Origin: Octopus sinensis
Lineage: Eukaryota
NCBI RefSeq assembly: GCF_006345805.1
Contig: NC_043010.1
Location: forward strand, 52,266,001 to 52,330,000
Reading direction: 5' to 3'
Length of the DNA: 64,000 bases
Made by a program: the position numbers and the translations under genes. How positions within the stretch are numbered: position 1 is the stretch's first letter; the number at the start of each line of letters is the position of its first letter. The notes under the pieces were generated by a model. It saw only the letters and a list, made by a program, of their open reading frames with translations, was not told the origin of the DNA and made no database searches. Below are positions 36,722-51,012 of the stretch, one piece after another.

Positions 36722-36865
36722 TAAATAGAATCAATAAATAGAATCTATAAATAGAACCTATAAATAGAATCTATAAATAGTCGCTATAAATAGAAGCTAT
36801 AAATAAAAGCTATAAAATAGAAGCTATAAATAGAAGCAACAAATAGAATCTATAAATAGAATCTA

Positions 36866-36908
<43 letters not shown>

Positions 36909-37093
36909 ATAGAATCTATAAATAGAATCTATAAATAGAATCTACAAATAGAATCTATAAATAGAATCTATAAATAGAATCTATAAATAGAATCTATAAT
37001 TAGAATCTATAAATAAATAAATAAATAAATAAATAAATATATAAATAGAACCTATAAATAGAGTCTGTAAATAGAATCTATAAATAGAATCTA

Positions 37094-37136
<43 letters not shown>

Positions 37137-39218
37137 ATAGAATCTATAAATAGAATCTATTTATAGATACTATTTATTTATTTATTTATTTATTTATGTA
37201 TAGATTCTATTTATAGATTCTATTTATAGATTCTATTTATAGATTCTATTTATAGATTCTATTTATAGATTCTATTTATAGATTCTGTTTATAGATTCTA
37301 TAAATAGAATCTATAAATAGAATCTATTTATAGATACTATTTATTTATTTATTTATTTATATATTTAGTTATCGATTCTATTTATAGATTCTATTTATAG
37401 ATACTATATATAGATTCTATTTATAGATTCTATTTATAGATTCTATTCATTTATTTATTTATTTATTCATTTATTTATAGATTCTATTATAGATTCTATT
37501 TATAGATTCTATTTATAGATACTATTTATAGATTCTATTTATAGATTCTATTTATAGATACTATATATAGATTTGAACCAGTTTGAACCGGTTTGAAATG
37601 GTTTGACCCGGTTTGAACTGGTTTGATCCGGCTTGAACCGGTTTGAATTGGGTAGATCCGGTTTGAACCAATTCAAAACGGTTCAAACTGGTTCAAACCA
37701 GTTCAAACCGGATCAAACCAGTTCAGACACTTTCATCAAACACTTTCATCAACCGTTTTTCATTGGACATTTTCATCAAAGATTTTTCATCAGACATATT
37801 CATCAGACATTTTCCTCAAAAATTTTCATTAAAACATTTTCATCAAACATTTTCATCAGACATTTTGATCCGGTTTGAACCGGGTTTATTCGATTTGTAC
37901 CGGTTTGGTCCGGGTTAAACCGTATGAAACCAATTCAAACCAGTTCAAACCGGTTCAAACTGGTTCAAATCTATAAATAGTATCTATAAATAGAATCTAT
38001 AAATAGAATCTATAAATAGAATCTATAAAAAGAATCTATAAATAGAATCTATAAATAGAATCTATAAATAGTATCTATAAATAGAATCTATAAATAGAAT
38101 CTATAATAGAATCAATAAATAAATAAATAATAAATAAATAAATAGAATCTATAAATAGAATCCATAATAGAATCTTAAAATAGAATCTATAATAGAATCT
38201 ATAAATAAAATAAATAAATAAATAGTATTTATAAATAGAATCTATAAATAGAATCTATAAATAGAATCTATAAATAGAATCTATAAATAGAATCTATAAA
38301 TAAATAAATAAATGAATAAATAAATAAATATATAAATAAATAAATTGAATCTATAAATGGAATCTATAAATAGAATCTATAAATAGTAGCTATAAATAGA
38401 AGCTATAAATAAAAGCTATAAAATAGAAGCTATAAATAGAAGCAATAAATAGAGACTATAAATAGAATCTATAAATAATTAAATAAATAAATAAATAAAT
38501 AAATAGAATCTATAAATAGAATCTATAAATAGAATCTATAAATAATATCTATAAATAGAATCTATAAATAGAATCTATAAATAGAATCTATAAATAAATA
38601 AATAAATAAATATATAAATAAATAAATAGAATCTATAAATAGAATCTATAAATTGAATCAATAAATAGAATCAATAAATAGAATCTATAATAAATGAATA
38701 AATGAATAAATAAATAAATATATAAATAAATAAATAGAATCTATAAATAGAATCTATAAATTGAATCTATAAATAGAATCTAAAATAAATAAATAAATGA
38801 ATAAATAAATAAAAATAAATAAATAAATAGAATCTAAAAATGGAATCTATAAATAGAATCTATAAATAGAATCTATATATAAATAAATAAATAAATAAAT
38901 AGTATCTATAAATAGAATCGATAAATAGAATCTATAAATAGAATCTATAAATAGAATCTATAAATAGAATCTATAAATAGTAGGTATAAATAGAAGCTAT
39001 AAATAAAAGCTATAAATAGAAGCTATAATAGAAGCAATAAATAGAATCTATAAATAGAATATATAAATAAATAAATAAATAAATAAATAAATAGAATCTA
39101 TAAATAGTATCTATAAATAGAATCTATAAAAAGAATCTATAAATAGAATCTATAATAGAATCTATAAATAGTATCTATAAATAGAATCTATAAATAGATC
39201 TATAAATAGAATCAATAA

Positions 39219-39249
<31 letters not shown>

Positions 39250-40036
39250 ATAGAATCTATAAATAGATCTATAAATAGAATCTTAAAATAGAGTCTATAA
39301 ATAGAATCTATAAATAAATAAATAAATAAATAGTATTTATAAATAGAATCTATAAATAAATAAATAAATGAATAAATAAATAAATATATAAATCAATAAA
39401 TAGAATCTATAAATAAAATCTATAAATAGTAGCTATAAATAGAAGCTATAAATAAAAGCTATAAAATAGAAGCTATAAATAGAAGCAATAAATAGAATCT
39501 ATAAATAGAATCTATAAATAATTAAATAAATAAATAAATAAATAAATAGAATCTATAAATAGAATCTATAAATAGAATCTATAAATAATATCTATAAATA
39601 GAATCTATAAATAGAATCTATAAATAAATAAATAAATAAATAAATAAATATATATATAAATAAATAAATAGAATCTATAAATAGTATCTATAAATAGAAT
39701 CTATAAATAGAATCTATAAATAGAATCTATAAATAAATAAATAAATAAATAAATAAATAGAATCTATAAATAGAATCCATAAAGAGAATCTATAAATAGA
39801 ATCTATAAATAGAATCTATAAATAGAATCTATAAATTGAATCTATAAATAAATAAATAAATAAATAGTATCTATAAATAGAATCTATAAATAGAATCTAT
39901 AAATAGAATCTAACAATAAATAAATAAATGAATAAATAAATAAATATAAAAATAAATAAATAGAATCTATAATGGAATCTATAAATAGAATCTATAAATA
40001 GAATCTATAAATAAATAAATAAATAAATAGTATCTA

Positions 40037-40453
40037 GCAGGGGTGGCTGTGTGGTAAGTAGCTTGCTAACCCACCACATGGTTCCGGGTTCATCCCACTG
40101 CGTGGCATCTTGGGCAACGTCTTCTGCTATAGCCCCGGGCCGACCAATGCCTTGTGAGTGGATTTGGTAGACGGAAACTGAAAGAAGCCTGTCCTATATA
40201 TGTATATATATATATATATGTGTGTTGTGTTTGTGTGTCTGTGTTTGTTCCCCTAGCATTGCTTGACAACCGATGCTGGTGTGTTTACGTCCCCGTCACT
40301 TAGCGGTTTGGCAAAAAGAGACCGATAGAATAAGTACTGGGCTTACAAAAAGAATGAGTCCCGGGGTCGAGTTGCTCGACTAAAAGGCGGTGCTCCAGCA
40401 TGGCCGCAGTCAAAATGACTGAAACAAGTAAAAGAGTAAAGAGAGTAAAAGAG
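40037..40453 (+). mobile_element. Duplicate of the 36300 SINE, same insertion junctions
   Basis: Identical flanks and diagnostic variants (caggggtgg, gctaacccaccac, ttacaaaaagaatgagt, agtcaaaatgac); 3737 bp downstream. Confidence 0.92.
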
Positions 40454-40741
40454 TAAATAGAATCTATAAATAGAATCTATAAATAGAACCTATAAATAGA
40501 ATCTATAAATAGTCGCTATAAATAGAAGCTATAAATAAAAGCTATAAATAGAAGCTATAAATAGAAGCAACAAATAGAATCTATAAATAGAATCTATAAT
40601 AAATAAATAAATAAATATAAATAAATAAATAAATAAATAAATAGAATCTATAAATAGAATCTATAAATAGAATCTACAAATAGAATCTATAAATAGAATC
40701 TATAAATAGAATCTATAAATAGAATCTATAATTAGAATCTA

Positions 40742-40772
<31 letters not shown>

Positions 40773-43340
40773 ATAGAATCTATAAATAGAATCTATAAAT
40801 AGAATCTATTTATAGATACTATTTATTTATTTATTTATTTATTTATTTATAGATTCTATTTATAGATTCTATTTATAGATTCTATTTATAGATTCTATTT
40901 ATAGATTCTATTTATAGATTCTGTTTATAGATTCTATAAATAGAATCTATAAATAGAATCTATTTATAGATACTATTTATTTATTTATTTATTTATATAT
41001 TTAGTTATCGATTCTATTTATAGATTCTATTTATAGATACTATATATAGATTCTATTTATAGATTCTATTTATAGATTCTATTCATTTATTTATTTATTT
41101 ATTCATTTATTTATAGATTTATTATAGATTCTATTTATAGATTCTATTTATAGATACTATTTATAGATTCTATTTATAGATTCTATTTATAGATACTATA
41201 TATAGATTTGAACCAGTTTGAACTGGTTTGAAATGGTTTGACCCGGTTTGAACTGGTTTGATCCGGTTTGAACCGGTTTGAATTGGGTAGATCCGGTTTG
41301 AACCAATTCAAAACGGTTCAAACTGGTTCAAACCAGTTCAAACCGGATCAAACCAGTTCAGACACTTTCATCAAACACTTTCATCAAACGTTTTTCATTG
41401 GACATTTTCATCAAAGATTTTTCATCAGACATATTCATCAGACATTTTCCTCAAAAATTTTCATTAAAACATTTTCATCAAACATTTTCATCAGACATTT
41501 TGATCCGGTTTGAACCGGTTTTATTCGATTTGTACCGGTTTGGTCCGGGTTAAACCGTATGAAACCAATTCAAACAGTTCAAACCGGTTCAAACTGGTTC
41601 AAATCTATAAATAGTATCTATAAATAGAATCTATAAATAGAATCTATAAATAGAATCTATAAAAAGAATCTATAAATAGAATCTATAAATAGAATCTATA
41701 AATAGAATCAATAAATAAATAAATAAATAAATAAATAAATAGAATCTATAAATAGAATCCATAAATAGAATCTTAAAATAGAATCTATAAATAGAATCTA
41801 TAAATAAATAAATAAATAAATAGTATTTATAAATAGAATCTATAAATAGAATCTATAAATAGAATCTATAAATAGAATCTATAAATAGAATCTATAAATA
41901 GAATCTATAAATAAATAAATAAATGAATAAATAAATAAATATATAAATAAATAAATATAATCTATAAATGGAATCTATAAATAGAATCTATAAATAGTAG
42001 CTATAAATAGAAGCTATAAATAAAAGCTATAAAATAGAAGCTATAAATAGAAGCAATAAATAGAGACTATAAATAGAATCTATAAATAATTAAATAAATA
42101 AATATAAATAAATAAATAGAATCTATAATATAATCTATAAATAGAATCTATAATAATATCTATAAATAGAATCTATAAATAGAAACTATAAATAGAATCT
42201 ATAAATAAATAAATAAAAAATAAATAAATATATAAATAATAAATAGAATCTATAAATAGAATCTATAAATGAATCAATAAATAGAATCAATAAATAGAAT
42301 CTATAAATAAATGAATAATATGAATAAATAATAAATATATATATAAATAAATAGAATCTATAAATAGAATCTATAATTGAATCTATAAATAGAATCTATA
42401 AATAAATAAATAAATGAATAAATAAATAAAAATATAAATAAATAAATAGAATCTAAAAATGGAATCTATAAATAGAATCTATAAATAGAATCTATAAATA
42501 AATAAATAAATAAATAAATAGTATCTATAAATAGAATCTATAAATAGAATCTATAAATAGAATCTATAAATAGAATCTATAAATAGAATCTATAAATGGA
42601 ATCTATAAATAGTAGGTATAAATAGAAGCTATAAATAAAAGCTATAAAATAGAAGCTATAAATAGAAGCAATAAATAGAATCTATAAATAGAATATATAA
42701 ATAAATAAATAAATAAATAAATAAATAGAATCTATAAATAGTATCTATAAATAGAATCTATAAAAAGAATCTATAAATAGAATCTATAAATAGAATCTAT
42801 AAATAGTATCTATAAATAGAATCTATAAATAGAATCTATAAATAGAATCAATAAATAAATAAATAAATAAATAAATAAATAGAATCTATAAATAGAATCC
42901 ATAAATAGAATCTTAAAATAGAATCTATAAATAGAATCTATAAATAAATAAATAAATAAATAGTATTTATAAATAGAATCTATAAATAAAATCTATAAAT
43001 AGAATCTATAAATAGAATCTATAAATAGAATCTATAATAGAATCTATAAATAAATAAATAAATGAATAAATAAATAAATATATAAATCAATAAATAGAAT
43101 CTATAAATAAAATCTATATATAGTAGCTATAAATAGAAGCTATAAATAAAAGCTATAAAATAGAAGCTATAAATAGAAGCAATAAATAGAATCTATAAAT
43201 AGAATCTATAAATAATTAAATAAATAAATAAATAAACAAATAGAATCTATACATAGAATCTATAAATAGAATCTATAAATAGAATCTATAAATAATATCT
43301 ATAAATAGAATCTATAAATAGAATCTATAAATAGAATCTA

Positions 43341-43375
<35 letters not shown>

Positions 43376-45416
43376 ATATATATATAAATAAATAAATAGA
43401 ATCTATAAATAGAATCTATAAATTGAATCAATAAATAGAATCAATAAATAGAATCTATAAATAAATGAATAAATGAATAAATAAATAAATATATAAATAA
43501 ATAAATAGAATCTATAAATAGAATCTATAAATTGAATCTATAAATAGAATCTATAAATAGAATCTATAAATAAATAAATAAATGAATAAATAAATAAAAA
43601 TATAAATAAATATATAGAATCTAAAAATGGAATCTATAAATAGATTATCGATTCTCTTTATAGATTCTATTTATAGATTCTATTTATAGATTCTATTTAT
43701 TTATTTATTTATTTATTTATATATAGATTCTATTTATAGATTCTATTTATTGATTCTATTTATAGACACTATTTATAGATTTGAACCAGTTTGAACCGGT
43801 TTGAACCAGTTTGAACCGGTTTGAACTGGTTTGAACCAGTTTGAACTGGTTTGATACGGTTTAAACGGGACCAAACTGGTACGAATCGAATAAAACCGGT
43901 TCAAACCGGATCAAAATGTGTAATGAAAAATTTTTGATGAAAGTGTTTGATGAAAGTATTTGAACTGGTTTGATCCGGTTTGAACCGGTTTGAACCGGTT
44001 TGAATCAGTTTGAACCGTTTTAAATTGGTTAGATCCTGTTTGAATCAATTCAAAACAGTTCAAACCGGTTCAAACAGGATCAAACCAGTTCAGACACTTT
44101 CATCAAACTCTTTCATCAAACGTTTTTCATTAGACATTTTCATCAAACATTTTTCATCGAACATTTTCATCAGACATTTTCATCAAAAATTTTCATCAAA
44201 CATTTTCATCAAACATTTTCATCAAACATTTTCATCAGACATTTTGATCCGGTTTGAACCGGTTTTATTCGACTTGTACCGGTTTGGTCCGGTTTAAACC
44301 GTATCAAATCAGTTCAAACTGGTTCAAACCGGCTCGAACCGGATGAAACCAGTTCAGACCGATTCAAACCGGGGCAAACCAGTTCAAACCAGTTCAAAGT
44401 GGTTCAAACCGGTTCAAACGGGTTCAAATCTATAAATAGTATCTATAAATAGAATCTATAAATAGAATCTATAAATAGAATCTATAAATAGAATCTATAA
44501 ATAGTATCTTTAAATAGAATCTATAAATAGAATCTATAAATAGAATCTATAAATAGAATCTATGAATAGAATCTAAAAATAGAATCTATAAATAAATAAA
44601 TAAATAAATAAATAAATAGTATCTATAAATAGAATCTATAAATAGAATCTATAAATAGAATCTATAAATAAATAAATAAATAAATAAATAAAAAAAAAAT
44701 AAATAATTAAATAGAATCTATAAATAGAATCTATAAATAGAATCTATAAAAAGAATCTATAAATAGAATCTATAAATAGAATCTATAAATAAAATCTATG
44801 AATAGAATCTATAAATAGAATCTATAAATAAAAAAATAAATAAATAGTATCTATAAATAGAATCTATAAATAGAATCTATAAATAGAATCTATAAATAGA
44901 ATCTATAAATAGTATCTATAAATAGAATCTATAAATAGAATCTATAAATAGAATCTATAAATAAATAAATAAATAAATAAATATTATCTATAAATAGAAT
45001 CTATGAATAGAATCTATAAATAGAATCTATAAATAAATAAATAAATAAATAAATATTATCTATAAATAGAATCTATGAATAGAATCTATAAATAGAATCT
45101 ATAAATAGAATCTATAAATAGAATCTATGAATAGAATCTATAAATAAATAAATAAATAAATAGTATCTATAAATAGAATCTATAAATAGAATCTATAAAT
45201 AGAATCTATAAATAAATAAAAAAATAAATAAATAATAAATAAATAATAGTATCTATAAATAGAATCTATAAATAGAATCTATAAATAGAATGTATAAATA
45301 ATATCTATAAATAGAATCTATAAATAGAAGCTATAAATAGAAGCTATAAATAGAAGCTATAAAGAGAAGCTATAAATAGATGCTTTAAATAGAAGCTATA
45401 AATAGAAGCTATAAAT

Positions 45417-45544
45417 ATTGAACATTCCATAGTGGGGGATTTAATGGTGAAGGGGAGGAATGGGTAGAAGGAATATTGAACATTCCAGACAGGGGTATTT
45501 CAAGGTAAAGGGGAGGAATGGGAAGAAGGAATATTGAACATTCC
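45417..45544 (+). repeat. Satellite A island (about 2 monomers) inside the composite array
   Basis: gctataaat|attgaacattccatagtggggg...gaacattcc|atagagttcagacctgatc. Confidence 0.9.
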
Positions 45545-46644
45545 ATAGAGTTCAGACCTGATCAAACCAGTACAAACCGGTTCAAACTGGTTCAAACTGT
45601 TCAAACCGGTTAAAACCGGAACAAACCAGTTCAAACACTTTCCTCAAACACTTTCATCAAACATTTTTCATCCGACATTTTCATCAAACATTAAACCGGT
45701 TCAAACCGGCTCAAACCAGATCAACCACATCAAACAAGTTCAAACTGGATCTAACCAATTCAAAACGGTTCAAACTGGTTCAAACCGATTCAAACCGGTT
45801 CAAACTGGATCAAACCAGTTCAAACACTTTCATCAAACACTTTCATCAAACGTTTTTCATCAGACATTTTCCTCAGACATTTTCATCAAAAATTTTAATC
45901 AAACATTTTCATCAAACATTTTCATCAAACATTTTCATCATACATTTTGATCCGGTTTGAACCGGTTTTATTCGATTTGTACCGGTTTGGTCCAGTTTAA
46001 ACCATATCAAACCAATTCAAACTGGTTCAAACCGGTTCGAACCGGTTCAAACCAGTTCAAACCGGTTCAAACCGCTTCAAACTGGTTCAAATCTATAAAT
46101 AGCATCTGTAAATAGAATCTATAAATAGAATCTATAAATAGAATCTATAAATAGTATCTATAAATAGAATCTATATATAGAATCTATAAATAATAAATAA
46201 ATAATAAATATTATCTATAAATAGAATCTATGAATAGAATCTATAAATAGAATCTATAAATAAATAAATAAATAAATAAATAATAGTATCTATAAATAGA
46301 ATCTATGAATAGAATCTATAAATAGAATCTATAAATAGAATCTATAAATAGAATCTATGAATAGAATCTATAAATAAATAAATAAATAAATAGTATCTAT
46401 AAATAGAATCTATAAATAGAATCTATAAATAGAATCTATAAATAAATAAAAAAATAAATAAATAAATAAATAAATAGAATCTATAAATAGAATCTATAAA
46501 TAGAATCTATAAATAGAATGTATAAATAATATCTATAAATAGAATCTATAAATAGAAGCTATAAATAGAAGCTATAAATAGAAGCTATAAAGAGAAGCTA
46601 TAAATAGATGCTTTAAATAGAAGCTATAAATAGAAGCTATAAAT

Positions 46645-46772
46645 ATTGAACATTCCATAGTGGGGGATTTAATGGTGAAGGGGAGGAATGGGTAGAAGGA
46701 ATATTGAACATTCCAGACAGGGGTATTTCAAGGTAAAGGGGAGGAATGGGAAGAAGGAATATTGAACATTCC
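46645..46772 (+). repeat. Satellite A island, duplicate of 45417 (1228-bp period)
   Basis: Identical sequence and junctions. Confidence 0.9.
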
Positions 46773-47413
46773 ATAGAGTTCAGACCTGATCAAACCAGTA
46801 CAAACCGGTTCAAACTGGTTCAAACTGTTCAAACCGGTTAAAACCGGAACAAACCAGTTCAAACACTTTCCTCAAACACTTTCATCAAACATTTTTCATC
46901 CGACATTTTCATCAAACATTAAACCGGTTCAAACCGGCTCAAACCAGATCAACCACATCAAACAAGTTCAAACTGGATCTAACCAATTCAAAACGGTTCA
47001 AACTGGTTCAAACCGATTCAAACCGGTTCAAACTGGATCAAACCAGTTCAAACACTTTCATCAAACACTTTCATCAAACGTTTTTCATCAGACATTTTCT
47101 CAGACATTTTCATCAAAAATTTTAATCAAACATTTTCATCAAACATTTTCATCAAACATTTTCATCATACATTTTGATCCGGTTTGAACCGGTTTTATTC
47201 GATTTGTACCGGTTTGGTCCAGTTTAAACCATATCAAACCAATTCAAACTGGTTCAAACCGGTTCGAACCGGTTCAAACCAGTTCAAACCGGTTCAAACC
47301 GCTTCAAACTGGTTCAAATCTATAAATAGCATCTGTAAATAGAATCTATAAATAGAATCTATAAATAGAATCTATAAATAGTATCTATAAATAGAATCTA
47401 TATATAGAATCTA

Positions 47414-47453
<40 letters not shown>

Positions 47454-48164
47454 ATCTATAAATAGAATCTATAATAGAATCTATGAATAGAATCTATAAA
47501 TAGAATCTATAAATAGAATCTATAAATAGAATCTATAAATAGAATCTATAAATAAATAAATAAATAAATAAATAGTATCTATAAATAGAATCAATAAATA
47601 GAATATATAAATAAATAAATAAATAAATAAATAGTATCTATAAACAGAATCTATAAATAGAATCTATAAATAGAATCTATAAATAGAATCTATAAATAGA
47701 ATCTATAAATAGAATCTATAAATAGTGTCTATAAATAGAATCTATAAATAGAATCTATAAATAAATAAATAAATAAATAAATAAAGAGTATCTATAAATA
47801 GAATCAATAAATAGAATCTATAAATAGAATCTATAAATAGAATCTATAAATAGTATCTATAAATAGAGTCTATAAATAGAATCTATATATAGAATCTATA
47901 AATAAATAAATAAATAAATAAATAGAATCTATAAATAGAATCTATAAATAGAATCTATAAATAAATAAATAAATAAATAAATAGAATCTATAAATAGGAT
48001 CTATAAATAGTAGCTATAAATAGAAGCTATAAACAGAAGCTATAAACAGAAGCTATAAATAGAAGCTATAAATAGAAGCTATAAAGAGAAGCTATAAATA
48101 GAAGCTATAAATAGAAGCTATAAATAGAAGCTATAAAGAGAAGCTATAAATAGAAGCTATAAAT

Positions 48165-48523
48165 ATTGAACATTCCAGAGAGGGGATTTGAAGGTAAAGT
48201 GGAGGAATTGGAAGAAGGAATATTGAACATTTCAGAGAGGGGGATTTGAAGGTGAAGGGGAGAAATGGGAAGAAGGAATATTCAACATTCCAGAGAGGGG
48301 GATTTCAAAGTGAAGAGGAGGAATGGGTAGATGGAATATTGAACATTCCAGAGAGGGGGATTTTAAGGTGAAGGGTAGGAATGGGAAGAAGGAATATTGA
48401 ACATTCCAGAAAGGGTGATTTGACGGTAAAGGGGAGGAATGGGAACAAGGAATATCTAACATTCCAGAGAGGGGTATTTGAAGGTAAAGGGTAGGAATGG
48501 GAAGAAGGAATATTGAACATTCC
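48165..48523 (+). repeat. Satellite A island (about 6 monomers) with the same entry and exit junctions
   Basis: gctataaat|attgaacattcc ... gaacattcc|atagagttcagacctgatc. Confidence 0.9.
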
Positions 48524-51012
48524 ATAGAGTTCAGACCTGATCAAACCAGTTCAAACCGGTTTAAACTGGTTCAAACTGTTCAAACCGGTTCAAACCGGAT
48601 CAAACCAGTTCAAACACTTTCATCAAACACTTTCATCAAACATTTTTCATCAGACATTTTCATCAGACATTTTCATCAAACATTAAACCGGTTCAAACCG
48701 GCTTAAACCGGATCAACCACATCAAACAAGTTCAAACCGGATCTAACCAATTCAAAACGGTTCAAACTCGTTCAAACTGGTTCAAACCGGATCAAACCAG
48801 TTCAAACACTTTCATCAAACATTTTTCATTAGACATTTTCATGAAACATTTTTCATCAGAAATTTTCATCAGACATTTTCATCAGACATTTTGATCCGGT
48901 TTTAACCTGTTTTATTCGATTTGTACCGGTTTGGTCCGGTTTGAACCGTATCAAACCAGTCCAAACTGGTACAAGCCGGATCAAACCGGATCAAACCAGT
49001 TCAAACCGGTTCAAACCGGGTCAAACCAGTTCAAACCGGTTCAAACTAGTTCAAACCGGTTCAAACAGGTTCAAACCGGTTCAAACCGGATCAAACCAGT
49101 TCAAACCAGTTCAAACACTTTCATCAAACATTTTCCCCAAACATTTTCATCAAACATTTTCATCAAACGTTTATCACCAAAAATTTATCAACAAACATTT
49201 TCATCAAACATTTTCATAAAACATTTTCATCAGACATTTTGATCCGGTTTGAACCTGTTTTATTCGATTTGTACCGGTTTGGTCCGGTTTGAACCGTATC
49301 AAACCAGTTCAAACTGGTTCAAACCGGTTCAAACCGGATCAAACCAGTTCAAACCGGTTCAAACTGGTTCAAGCCGGTTCAAACCAGATCAGATCCAGTT
49401 CAAAGTGGTTCAAACTGGTTCAAACTGGTTCAAAACGGTTCAAACTGGTTCAAACAAGATCAAACCAGATCAAACTAGTTCAAACACATTCATCAAACAC
49501 TTTCATCAAACATTTTTCATCAGACATTTTCATCAGACATTTTAATCAGACATTTTCATCAGTAATTTTCATCAGACATTTTCATCAAACATTTTCATGA
49601 AACATTTTCATCAGACATTTTGATACGGTTTGAACCGGTTTGAACCGCATCAAACAAGTTCAAACTGGTTCAAACCGGTTCAAACCGCATCAAACCAGTT
49701 CAAACCGGATCAAACCGGGTCAAACTAGTTCAAACCGGTTCAAATTAGTTCAAACAGGTTCAAACTGGATCAAACCAGATCAAACCAGTTCAAACACTTT
49801 CATCAAACACTTTCATCAAACATTTTTCATTAGACATTTTCATGAAACATTTTCGGCAAACATTTTTCATCAAACATTTTCATCAGACATTTTGATCCGG
49901 TTTGAACCGGTTTTATTCGATTTGTACCGGTTTGAACCAGTTTGAACTGGTTTGAATTGGTTTGACCAGGTTTGAACTTGTCTGATCTGGTTGATCCGGT
50001 TTGAGCCGGTTTGAACCGGTTTAATGTTTGATGAAAATATCTGATGAAAATGTCTGATGAAAAATGTTTGATGAATGTGTTTCATGAAAGTGTTTGAACT
50101 GGTTTTATCCGGTTTGAACCGGTTTGAACCAGTTTGAACCAGTTTGAACTGGTTTGATCTGGTCTGAACCGGTTTTAAACTGTTTGATCCGGTCTGAACT
50201 TGGTTTGAACCGGTTTAAAACGGTTTTTTATTCGGTTTGTACCGGTTTGGTCCGGTTTGAATCGGTTTGAACTGGACCGATCAAACATTTATCCTCATTT
50301 ATCATCAAACATTTATCATCAAACACTTTTCATTGTCATCAAACATTTATCATCAAAAGTTTTCATTAAACATTGTCACCAAACATTTTCATCAAACATT
50401 TTCATCAAACGTTTATCATCAAACATTTATCAACAAACATTTTCATATGACAATTATCATGAAACTTTATCATCACACATTTTCATGAAACATTTTTCAT
50501 CAAACATGTATATCAAACATTTTCATCAAACATTTACCTCAAACATTTATCAACAAACATTTTCATCAAACGTTTATCATCAAACATTTATCAACAAACA
50601 TTTTCATTAGACAATTATCATGAAACATTTATCTTCAAACATTTTCATCAAACATTTATCATCAAACATTTATCATCAAACATTTTCATAAAACATTTTT
50701 CATCAAACATTTTCATCAAACATTTTCATCAAACATTTACATCAAACATTTTCATCAATCATTTCATCAAACATTTTCATCAGACATTTTCATCAAACAA
50801 TTTTGAAAGTTTTGGTCAAACCGGTTTAAACCGGATCAAACCGGATCAAATTGGTTTGACCCTGTCTCGTTCGGTGCGGTTTGAACAGATTTGATCCGGT
50901 TTTAACCGGTTTGAAGCGGTTTGAACCAGTTTCAACCGGTTTGATGCGGTTTGAACTGGTTTGATCCGGTTTGAACCGGTTTTATCCGGTTTGAACTGGT
51001 TTGATTCGCATC

